Assembly (NCBI GenBank): GCA_965649765.1
Contig: OZ287756.1
Coordinates: 33,108,001-33,172,000, forward strand
Reading direction: 5' to 3'
Length of the DNA stretch: 64,000 nucleotides
Source: Bispira polyomma
Lineage: Eukaryota
Shown: one piece after another, positions 13,978-25,210 of the stretch
How the letters are laid out: each line of letters begins with the position of its first letter
Position numbering within the stretch: the stretch's first letter is position 1
Program-made: the position numbers and the translations under genes
The notes under the pieces: model-generated
Databases searched by the model: none
Told to the model about the DNA's origin: nothing
What the model saw: only the letters and a program-made list of their open reading frames with translations

Positions 13978-14187
13978 TGGGGCTTTAAAATTGTAATGTT
14001 AAATTAAGCATTTTATTTTACCTGTATCAGAATGTATATAAACTACTAACTTGTAAAAAATAAAACCATAGGGTGAAATATTTTTTTACCGTCTGTCTCA
14101 CACCAAAAACCCATTTTACTGAACGCACACAACCTTACCTTGCTCACACACCTGACCTTTCACTTCAATCATCTCAAACGGGGACTA
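13978..14187 (+). repeat. Second copy of the YR-element 3' terminal repeat (B)
   Basis: Aligns with 10285-10582, including AATAAA and the end cttcaatcatctcaaacggggact. Confidence 0.8.
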
Positions 14188-14189
14188 AA

Positions 14190-15400
14190 GAATGACTGAC
14201 AATGACAGATGTATAACAGGGAAAAGTAATTTTTGCACTCGTTAGAGTGGTTCATTTATGCCTCAAATATGGGAGGGGGTGTACTTGAGTAATAAACGTA
14301 AAATAATAGAATAACACTGGATGTATGTTCACACGTTTGAAATGAGGGGTACAGTGCCCTTGGAAGTTGTTATAAACCTAGTAACAAGAATTCTACTTGG
14401 GAAAGTTAGGTTATTCCATTTTGTTAGCTCTACAGTATTTACAGACTTAGAAGACTAAGGCCACCTTTAAATGAAGGGTGAACTTTAATTTGAGTGTCAC
14501 CATAGATTTAATTTTAAGTTTACGGTAAGGTTACCAGAGTTGAGTATGCGAAACTCGAAATTTTAAGGTCATTTTAACTTGAGAGATGCCTTGAGAATAA
14601 GGGCAACCTTAGAGTCATTTTTTGCTTTAATTTAAGGTTGCTTTAAACCGAGTTTTAGAATTTAGTTAAATGTCATCTTAGTTGAGATGCCTTATGTGTA
14701 TACGAGGTGACCTTAACCGGTAAGTAAATTTTGTTAAATAAAGGTGGCCTTAGCCTGAGATTACACAAAATCCAATTTGGGGTAAACACAGTACTAAAAA
14801 CTTGGCGTTTGCCTATTTTATTGAACAAATAATGATTAAGAAGTCATTGAATGACTGTTTGGTGGATGATTTGTGCTCCCACCTGTCAATTCTGCACTCA
14901 AACGATTGGACTTTATCCAACACCTGATTAAATTTAGAAAGAACATCCTCCTGCCTGGACTTCTTACTCCGTATTTTGGGAACAGTATACGTACCATGAT
15001 CAGGAGAATCTCCATGTGGTGTTATCAGTTTGTGCCTCAACCAGGTTAGCCTGCATCAAATTACACATGCGCTTTGTGTTACATTTTCCATGTTGCCTAT
15101 TCCTGGGACCCATGATGTATAAAATGTGTACAGATAAAACTATGTATATGTCCCAATGTGTTTGTGTGGGGTCAAAGTTAAAATGCCAGGTAAAATATCT
15201 AGTAATAATATTTTTGTATACAAATTAACAGTTTGATCTCCAAGTCACTCTGATGCCTAATTTAATAATGGCTTCTTCTTTAAAACAAGCAGCCAATAAA
15301 AATAATTTGCCGGGAAATTCTATTGGAAACTAATTAAATTGTCAACTATCTAAAATTGGCAGGTAGCTAGATTTACACTTGTGTACGTCACAATCACTGG
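14190..15400 (-). mobile_element. Internally deleted YR element: gag 5' end joined to a palindrome-rich 3' UTR
   Basis: ATG GGT CCC AGG (MGPR) at ~15113 and DVLSKFNQVLDKVQSFECRI resemble gag of the 41-46 kb element (MGPR...DVMSQLDQVLERFTDLEQRV). AAGGTNACCTT-like palindromes at 14455-14755. Close relative at 32570-32860. Confidence 0.7.
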
Positions 15401-16850
15401 TTTTAGAATGCAGCCTAAAACATACCTCTTCAGACTGTGCTACCCCCTCCTCCTAAACCTCCTTTACTTTATCCCCTGGTTTGATGTTTTTTTGTTGGTT
15501 TTTTTGTGCTTTATAAATCCTTTAATCATTATTAGTCCTTTTTCCCATTGACGTTTCTTTAAAACAAACAGCTGATGAAACCAATTTGGCAAGAAATTTG
15601 AATGGAAACTTGATATATGCTACTATGCTACGATCGATGGTGAACCATTGTATACATTTTTCATATCATTAGGTGTCCATGAAAATATTTTTGAAAACGA
15701 CAGCATTTGCCTGACTTTCCAATGTTTTTAATGTTAAATTTACTCATTTTCAGAAACAGATATTTAGCTAAATTTACACAATATATAAAATAATTATCTT
15801 AAGCCACGCTTAAAATTATATAATTCTGGATTGAACTGCATTTTAAATACTTCTTTGGAGTTAATTATTTGGGGTACCAACTTTGTACTTCCTTTGTTTC
15901 AAACTTGGATTGTAACAATAGATGGAAGGTTTTCGAACATAAATAATGTTTACTCTTTTAGGGTTATTTTTATGTGGTAACATTGGTCTTGAAAATGATG
16001 CGTTACTTGACAGGCAACCAAATAGGCCTTTTGAGAAACGGAGTCATACCGATACGAGATCCATCAAGAAACAACTCTGCACATGTGATTCTGGATTGAT
16101 TGTAGCCTTTGTGTGTTATAATTTACTGACAAGGTAAAGATGTCAGATCACAATTGCCAGATGCCCATACAATCTTTATAAACTCAATATGTGTTATTAC
16201 AAAAAAATAATAATTACAATTAAATTTTAACCTAAATTTCAATATTTACATTCATAATTAAATTTACCAACAGACAAAGTTTAAATCACTAAACCCCAAA
16301 AACAGTGGTGTTACAAAATTATTGGTCGTGCTGATTACTGCTTCACACCTTTAAGTCCAACAAAATTACTTTTAATGTAACTTTTTAAGTTGTGCCATTA
16401 GCCCCTTATACCTTTAGAAAAAAAACTTCAAACTCTCTATATATTAGCCACAAATGAGCTATGACTATTCTTTTCACAATATTTCTGTTTACATAGACAA
16501 CAGCTTGTATAACTGCAATTGCACGAACGTTTTATTAGATTTTGTACCAGTTATTACAGTTTAGACATGATTACACACTATGACATTACACTTTTACTGC
16601 CAAAAATATTACCTGTGATGCATTATAGTATTGACACATAATATGCCATTCATACCGTCCAATATTAAACATTATCAAAATCATTATGGTAAATTATTTA
16701 CATATAACAGAATCCATACACCAAAATTATGTGGCAAGGATTGTATTGTCAATACAAATATCATGCACCAAAAATACTGTACAAAACAGCATTTAATAGT
16801 AGTTATAGTAAATAGAATTCACCCATATATAGTTGAATTGACCAGTCAGA

Positions 16851-18155
16851 TCAGTACTCATTTGTGGCTATGCTAGGTGATTTACACCCAATTGTGCCAG
16901 GTGCAATATATGGCTGGTCTAAGTGTGGCACATTAAAAAAGTCACAAACTTTATCTGTCTGTTCTTTAACCTCCATTGTAAATTCATCAAAACCGTACTT
17001 CTTCAAGGCATTCACACTTATTTGACTTCCCCTCTGTGAATCACGGCACATGGCTCTCTCAACGGCACCTGCATCAAATGGTAGATCGCAATGGTTGAAT
17101 ATTGCTTTGAAAAAATGAGTAGTGTTATCAATAAGATCTTCATATCGTATTCCAACAATATTCATGCCGCTGGTCCTAAAATCGATGTAGTATTTCACCA
17201 GTGAGGCCCATAAGATTGAGAAAGTGTGAAGTTTTGAAACTACTCTACAGTCAAACTGGTCTGACGGCAAGCCCATTTGAGTGACCATATATTGTGTTAG
17301 CTTAGATGACCGACGTCCAATGTGACATGCAAGTGCTCCCAAAGGCATTCCTTGAATTGCACGGGCCATAGATTTACATACTGCTAACCCATCTCTGTAC
17401 AAGAACATCTTGTATGATTCTGGAGCCACCTTAGAAAACATTGGTAACTCCATCATTAAAAGGGATTGCAATTTAAAGACATATGCCTGAATGGCCTTAC
17501 CATTAACTGGTTTGCACAAAAAAGCTAAGCAATCATGAACATATTGGAGCATGTCTTCTTCATTTAACACTCCTTTTAGTTGTGTTAATGCATTTAATGC
17601 ATCTGGTTCAGAATAAGCCATGCAGTAACCTGTTTCTTCAAATACTTGTGTCAGAATGGTAGACCCACATCTTGTAGTGTTTCCTATGAATATAATCTTT
17701 GCTTCAGGCAAGCCCAGTTTTTGTCCCAAAATATGGAACACATGGACAGGCATAATCAGCAGGCGCTGAGCAAGCTTCCATTGTGCCACCCTAAAGAATG
17801 ATCCTGCATCAGACCTACTAGGATCATCTCCTTGTCCAACCTCAATAAAAATGGCTTCCTTGTGGTTAATGGTGTATAAACTCACTTGGTTATTTAAAAC
17901 ATACTCAGGGTCCACAAAACATCTATGCCAGGTGATGAAGTTGTTGGATGCAGAAGATTGGGTTATAGGATCTACTTTGTGTCTGTGTAAGACATCGAGA
18001 ACTTGTACTGAACCCTTGTAGGAATGAACATGATGATTTTTGCGAATTCTGAAATAGGTTCCGCTGAAGAGCCACATAATTTGACGACATGAATTAAATA
18101 TTCCATAAAAACAAAGCCAAAGAAAATGCTTGAAGAAAAGTAACCAAAGACTCAT
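16851..18155 (-). CDS. Sulfotransferase-like protein, copy A (434 aa, CDS without introns)
   Basis: 5'-PSB-like loop IIFIGNTTRCGSTIL, SEP motif, 3'-PB-like FLYRDGLAVCKS, RYEDL, hydrophobic N-terminus. Frame is conserved in paralogs B and D. Confidence 0.85.
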   Translation of the reverse strand: MSLWLLFFKHFLWLCFYGIFNSCRQIMWLFSGTYFRIRKNHHVHSYKGSVQVLDVLHRHKVDPITQSSASNNFITWHRCFVDPEYVLNNQVSLYTINHKEAIFIEVGQGDDPSRSDAGSFFRVAQWKLAQRLLIMPVHVFHILGQKLGLPEAKIIFIGNTTRCGSTILTQVFEETGYCMAYSEPDALNALTQLKGVLNEEDMLQYVHDCLAFLCKPVNGKAIQAYVFKLQSLLMMELPMFSKVAPESYKMFLYRDGLAVCKSMARAIQGMPLGALACHIGRRSSKLTQYMVTQMGLPSDQFDCRVVSKLHTFSILWASLVKYYIDFRTSGMNIVGIRYEDLIDNTTHFFKAIFNHCDLPFDAGAVERAMCRDSQRGSQISVNALKKYGFDEFTMEVKEQTDKVCDFFNVPHLDQPYIAPGTIGCKSPSIATNEY

Positions 18156-20246
18156 TGTGAGATGTTGTTCATTTAGTTTCTTGCACTATGATGTAATCCA
18201 CTTTCTCCGATATTCTTTGCCCTAAAACAGTAAACAAATAGGTACATTATATAATACTATATAATGCAATATTTTAGATGTCTGTTTGCCTCCCACTCTT
18301 TATATCTCCTTAATTCCTTGAATAGTTATTTATATTTGTACCAAGATAAATAAATTGTACAAATTTCTGTACACAAATTAGTAGGTATAATTCAGACAAC
18401 GAATGACATAATTATTAAGCAACCATATTAATGATGGGATTTGATGAAATTGATTGAATTAGAGATGGGAAGTTGGGTAGTTAGAAATTACATGTCAACC
18501 ATCATATCTACCTTGATGGACAATGCTCTTTTAAAAAGTAACCTTGACTACTGTTGATCACTGTCCAACTAACCTTTCTCAAAAGCTGATTGGCTTTCTG
18601 TTATTTACCAAATGTTTAGGATAAATCAACAGTAGGAATCAGTTTATCGAACCGCGATTCATTTGAAAATCTGGATTAAACAGAACAAACTTATGTTGAC
18701 TAATTTTTAAACTTATTCCATATGACAATTTGCAACATGGGTGATAAACCGAAGATTTTATCGAAAGACTCAGCCATTGTGTTAAACTTCATCTAAAATT
18801 ATAAATAAGAAATACCCTTCCCTTTAATTTATTTTAAAACATTTATTGGTCTCACAAAAGCTAATTGTATCAACCTATTCATCAAGATAGTCCTTGCATA
18901 CAAGTCTAACTCTAACCAAATGTTAAAGACAGATTGCATCCGGAGGAGTCATGCATGTTCTGTTCACCAGAGATGAAAAATTTTACAGCCAAGCTTATTG
19001 GTCTTATAGCGAAAGCCAAATTTAATAAGGATGGATGAAAACAATGTAAACCACCAAGCTTATTGGTCTCATTACGACAGCAAGATTTAATAATGATGGA
19101 AAAAAGCACTGTAAACCACGTATCTACAGCAAGTACCTGACAAACTTACCCACATGAAGGAACAAATGGAATTCAAATCCACATTGGTGTTATGTCAAAG
19201 TTCAGCAGGAACTGACAGCAGTATACATATACTAAAAATAGGTAAGGCTAACTGCAATAGTTTTTCTGTGAAATTGTTAACATAGAAAATATCTCTATGC
19301 ACAGCAACAGTAGTGGCATAACTGTATGTAAACCAAAGTATGCACCGCTTCCATACTGGAAGTTTTATGCTGAAAGAGTGACCTACTGTAAGGATTAACA
19401 TCAACTGATTTCCACTATGTCTATATCATGTCAAAAATAAATTAAACTTAAATGTATTGGTTTTATACGTGATATTGTACCTTGAGAGTTTTCTGTCACA
19501 TCGCTGATCCTTTAATTTTACTTATGGTATGCAGGGCAGAGGAGTTATTTACTATAGCATATCATTGTAAATGTGTAACGGTAGCGAAAAAACAAAACCC
19601 TAAAATCGAGAAGAGGCAAGTAAAAACTGCATGGAATGAAAGATGAATGGCAACGTATTGTATAATAACCTTAAATGAATGTTGATCCTGGATATTTTTA
19701 CCTCACTGAGACATATAGGTAGTTTTTGAATATTTAACATCCATGTTTTCTAGCGAGAACCTGTTGGTGTATGTTCACATCATATCATGCTATGGGACTC
19801 ACTAGAGTTTGTGAGGTGGCTTTAGCCAGCATGCTCAGTCGGGGGTGAACCTTAAAACTCCACCACCATAGCCCTAGAAAGACTACTCTAAGAAAAGCAT
19901 TTTGTTTTGACAACAAGTGTAATATTATTCTTAATTGGCTAAAACACTCTCTACAAATCTCATTGGTTGATCTTGTGGGTCACTGCTTGTGTTGTGGGTA
20001 TTTTCCTCACTTTGAAATTACAAACTGAGGTATCAACAGCTATAGTCTGCTTAAATTGGACGCCATTGTACTATTTTAACATTTACAAACTTTTTAGTTG
20101 TGATACTGGACTATTTTATCATTTATTTGACTGTTCAAGTGTTTTATGATTGATACACACATTCATTTAAAACTAACTTAGACAATATATATACATATAA
20201 ATACGGCCAATAAATTGAGCCAGTGAAAAAGACCAAAAAAATTGTA

Positions 20247-21385
20247 ATGCCTAGTGTGAAGTGTACCGGCTGTGGAGGTAGACATTCGAGACCTGTGGGA
20301 AGACGATGCCTAGTGTTCAAACGGGCACAACGCGAGGCCAAGCAGGATGAATGGATTGACGACAGCGAGATTATTCAGGAAGAAGACCCGGATACAGGGC
20401 AATTACAGCTTCCGATACAGCTTCAACTCCAGTCACAGGGTGAGTCGCTTCCAACACCGGAAGTTACACAGAATGAGGTGAACTTAACAATATTGTCAGA
20501 ACTGAAAAAACTCAATAGTAGATTAGAGTTGGTTGAAAACAACCACACGGTGAACAGTAAAAGTGTAAGTGAAAGTACAAGTAAAAGTACAGCAGTAGTG
20601 ACCTCTAGTCCTAATATTAGCAGGGCTCAACTTAGTCAGGCGTGTAGTGGAGCAAGTGCCCCTGATGGTGATGCCATCATACCAGTCTCAATGTGATTAA
20701 ATCTAATGATATACAAGTTCAGGTAGATCAAAGGCTGCGTGAGCTTGCCCTACTCAATGCCCAGGATCCTTCAGGTAAAAATCAGATCAAATCCCAAAGG
20801 GGTGGTTCAGTAGATGTTTTTGTTAAAAAGCGTGTCAAGTGGCCTCACCAGCATGTACTGGGAGGCTCCACAAAAGATAGAATAACGTACAACCATCTCA
20901 CATTTTCTCAGTTTGTATTGGGTTTCACTCGTAGTATTCAAGAAGAAAGTAATGCTCAAACAAAAGATCAAATGTTAGATTATTTATGTGATCTGTTAGA
21001 AGATGTCCAGGACTTTTCTTGGCAAGCTGCCAAGAATAGCCATGCAATACTCCTTTGTCAAATGGAGGAAGGTAAGATAAAATTGTCTGACACCAACAAG
21101 ATTGACAGAGTACGTAGGGCACATGCCCAGAGACATGTAGTTGGTAGTAACACAGGTAGTAATTACTCCAAATCACAAACCAAAGATAGGAAAGCAGGCA
21201 CACCTTGTTTTAGATTTCAAAAGGGGACATGCAAATTTACCAAGGATCATGAAATGGGGAGCAAAAACTTAATACATGTGTGTGAGTCCTGCTTTGCTAT
21301 GGGTAAGTTGTTTAACCATCCTGACAAAGAGTGTAGGAACAGAAAGTATAATTCAAAAAACGGGGGAGGGCCAGCACCAAATTAG
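20247..21385 (+). pseudogene. Element 1 gag-like ORF1 (one frameshift near 20695)
   Basis: N-terminal C-x2-C-x3-H-x7-C (CTGCGGRHSRPVGRRC), coiled-coil ILSELKKLNSRLELVE, C-terminal Cys/His clusters. Confidence 0.8.
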
Positions 21386-21402
21386 GCGCTGGCTAAAATG
21401 GT

Positions 21403-24214
21403 ATGAAATATTGTAATGGACAGAGACACAGGTCAGATAGTGTATATAATCATGTAGAAGGTAGTAATACTGAAGTCAAGTATAGACAGTATGGTGATAG
21501 AATTGTGTATAGTACAGTCATACCTAATGTAAAAGTATTGCATAATAATCAGTTTTCAGGTGATTGGAGAGAAGCATATAGAAATGCAGGTCAAAAGCGC
21601 ACATATGCACAGGCCCTGAAGCAGGGCACACGTGGTAAGGGTGTTGTAGTCAGCCAGCAGCAAGCTCGGTGTGGGCGAAACTCTCCCACTAATAGAACAG
21701 CAAATGCCCTCAAAGTTACCAACCATAGCATATCTAAATCAGCTGTTTCAAATGGCACTAGCATTGACAACAACAAATGTCCAAGAAGGGGTGATATTAC
21801 AAAACCCCAAAGCTCCATGGCCAACAGTCACAATAAAACCCTCATTTGAGACAAACAGGTCCCACTGGCTAATCGTTTTACTCCCCTATTGTCGGCCCTG
21901 GAACAAGACGATGGTCATAACGAAGAAAGTGGGGAAAGGGGGGATGTGATTTTCTCAAAAGTAGCATAAATAATGACACTTATGGACAGATTGGCAGTGG
22001 CATAAAAAATCAACCAGCTTGTGTCACAACTCCATTTTTAGCACATAAAAGGCGCAACATGTATGACAATGGGGATAAGGATAAAGGGAAAACCACTTCT
22101 ATTCAGTGGGTGGAAAACAACTTCACACCTCCACAAAGTGACAAAGTTAGCAAAAGTACGGGTGTTTGTAATATGGGTAGTGAGGAGACTCGTACTCCAG
22201 GAAATAAAACCAACATTGTCATAAACACCATTGCATGGGGTAATAGTTCGGTTGCTTCAAGTGAATGTAACAAACAATGTCATGGTAATGGAACCACACA
22301 AGGCAAGGACCAAAAAGTAGTATGGCAGGGAAAATTAACACCACATGCCCCAGTATTTATCCCTAACAAAGTACTTTCCCCGGTTGACTTGCTAAACGTA
22401 GATGGCAAATACGAATTGCAATTCTTGAGTAAAACCAACACAAAAGATATTGCTCAGCTAGTGCAATGTAAAAAATTATACGACACTTGTATGTTTCAAA
22501 ACCCTCAAGGCTTTGGCTTTATACCATTGAGTGATTTTGTTAGAACCCAGCATCAGGTTAGTGTCCATACTGAGGATATACATGATCCCATACTCTTACA
22601 TGAAATGGTTAAGGCAACGGGGAAGTACAATTTTCAGCAGGCACGTTATCCTGTCAAATCCCAACTAAAGGTTGATAACTGGGAAAGGTACTTAGAGCAT
22701 TACTGGGATTCACAGTTGATTGATTTCATCAAATTTGGATTCCCCCTAGGCTTTGATAGGAATGTTGAACTTCAGTGTGACTTAAACAATCACACATCAG
22801 CTACCCAATATCCAGCACATGTAGATACATATCTAAATGAAGAATGTGGTTTTAATGCAATTATAGGTCCCTTTGCCACCAGTTCTATTACACAGCTTCA
22901 CTGCTCACCATTTATGACTCGGGAAAAACCAGGATCAGTAAATCGCAGGGTAATCATAGATCTGAGTTGGCCAGAAGGTGGTAGTGTAAATGGGGGTGTC
23001 CTGAAGGACTCCTACTTAGGTACTAAATTTATCCTCACATTTCCTTCAGTTGATAATATAGTAGAGCAAGTAAAGTCCTTTGGAAAGGGCTCACATATAT
23101 ACAAGATAGATATTTCTAGGGCATTTAGGCATGTCAAGATAGATCCCAAAGACTATGATTTGTTAGGCCTCTACTGGAAAGACTTCTATATTGACACATG
23201 TCTTCCCTTCGGGTCTAGGCATGGTAGCCAGATCTTTCAGAGAATTTGTGATGGAGTAAGGTATATCATGAGTAAAAATAACCACAAGATTATCAATTAT
23301 ATTGATGATTTAATAGGCTGTGGTGTACCCAGCAAAGCTAAGGCAGCATATGGCTTCCTGTACCAATTACTAGGTGAGTTAGGTCTTACTATCAGTGCAA
23401 AAAAAGTTAGTTTCACCAAGTACACAATGCATATGTTTAGGAGTACTAATTGACACTGTACAAGGTACCATTTCTATTCCTGTAGACAAATTAGAAATCA
23501 TAGTCAAAACTTGTGCCACTTGGCAGGATTTTGAGGTAACCACAAAAAGAAAACTGCAGTCATTATTAGGTTCTCTCTTATATGTCGCAAAATGCTACAA
23601 GCCAGCTCGCATTTTCCTGAACAGAATGTTGACTACTCTTAGAGCTGCTAGTAATCCGTATTGTACTAGATGAAGAATTCCACAGGGATGTCAACTGGTT
23701 TCAGTCTTTTCTAGCTCAGTACAACGGTGTCACCTTTTTTAACCACAAGCCGGTGGCTGCAGTCATTGAATTAGATGCATGTTTAACTGGGGTAGGGGCC
23801 AGGTATGGGGATAGGTTATACACTCTACCAATTCCCCAGTCCATGCAAGGCATCGGAATAGTCAGACTAGAGATGGTAAATATTGTGGTGGCTTTGAAGG
23901 TGTGGGGTAGTTACTGGAAAGACAGCAAAGTGGTTATCCGTTGTGACAATAGTGCAGAAGTATCAGTGTTAAACACAGGTAGGACTCGAGACAAATACCT
24001 TGCAGCTTGTGCAAGGAATGTATTTCTCCTTACAGCTAGGCACAACATAGACTTAAAAGTAGTGCACATTTTAGGCATTAATAATGCAGTGGCTGATACA
24101 CTATCCAGGTGGATGGGCTCCAAATCTCAGTGGCAAATAATAAACAGGCATGTTAATGATCCTGTTTGATGTGACCTTAAGCAAGAGGCCTTCCACCTGG
24201 ATTGGTCCATATAG
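21403..24214 (+). pseudogene. Element 1 pol: long low-complexity N-terminal region, RT and RNase H, with several frameshifts
   Basis: ORFs 21403-21849, 22059-23453, 23395-23673 and 23753-24169 carry consecutive RT/RNase H motifs (FGFPLGF, RRVIIDLSWP, KIDISRAFRH, YIDD, LQSLLGSL). Confidence 0.85.
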
Positions 24215-24230
24215 ATTAAACATTATTGTA

Positions 24231-25210
24231 GGTACTACTCCAGTCATGAAGGCCCTGACCACTGGCGCCATTGGGAGGCTCACAGGAGCATTCAGACCCT
24301 CTACACAACGAGCCTATACGGCTATGTTTAGAAACTTCTTAGGGTTTTGCTGCTTCACAGCTATTTCAGTGCATAGAATTACAGTCCATGTCTTATTGGC
24401 ATTCATGGAATTCTTGGCCTACAATAACACCTCTCCATCTCAGGTGGCCAATTACATGGCAGCTATTAAGTCCAGTTTATCAGTATATGGCCTACCAGTT
24501 CATGTGTTTTCGGATAATAGGATCAAATTGTTCCAAAAGTCATTGTTACTGAACAGACCACTCACTGTAAAAATGAAAGGCATATTCCAAGTGCAGCACT
24601 TGGAAAAAATTGTCCAGTTGTGTGACACTATGTTTATGGGTCAGGTGTATAAATCCATTTATTTGTTAGCATTTTTTGCTTTCTTTCATATTTCAAATCT
24701 AGTTCCACATGCAAATAAACCATTTGATCCATCGGTTCACCTGGCCAGAGGAGACATCTTTTTTGCTCCACCAGGGCTGCAAGTACTACTGAAATGGTCA
24801 AAGACCATGCAATCAAAGAATAAGGTTCAGCTAATTAAAGTTCCCTCACTAGGTGGGTCTCCAATATGTCCTGTGAGAGCAGTAAAAAATGTATTGTCCC
24901 TTACACCTCGGGAAAAAAATCACCAGTTATTCCAGATTAAGAAAGCAGGTGGTTGGAGTCCACTAAATGATAACATGGTTAGGCAACATTTGAAGAAAGT
25001 GGTATTGACTTTAGGGCTAGATCCTTCTACTCACCTCTTTCATACCTTCAGGCGTTCAGGTACCACCTTGGCATTCAACTCCAACTTCCAATACAACAGA
25101 TCCAAAAACATGGTACCTGGACGTCTGATTGCATCTGGAAATATATTGTAGACACCCAGGACTCAGCTACCCAGGTGGCCACTACCTTTCAAAATCTACT
25201 TTCTCAATAA
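24231..25210 (+). pseudogene. Element 1 tyrosine recombinase (first catalytic Arg replaced by His; frameshift before the W/Y motif)
   Basis: LKWSKT, CPVRA, HTFRRSG; HGTWTSDCIWKY lies in another frame. FFHISNL corresponds to FLRLSNI and FYRLASL in relatives. Confidence 0.88.

Noticed and set aside
19400-20200. Exact 5' terminus, ITR or ICR of element 1
   Set aside because: Only short matches were found (gaacctgttgg at ~19757 and 25557; tatggg), not enough to fix a boundary.
24150-25151. Prophage or bacterial integrase
   Set aside because: The YR is linked to gag and RT/RNase H as in eukaryotic DIRS-order elements; no phage genes are present.
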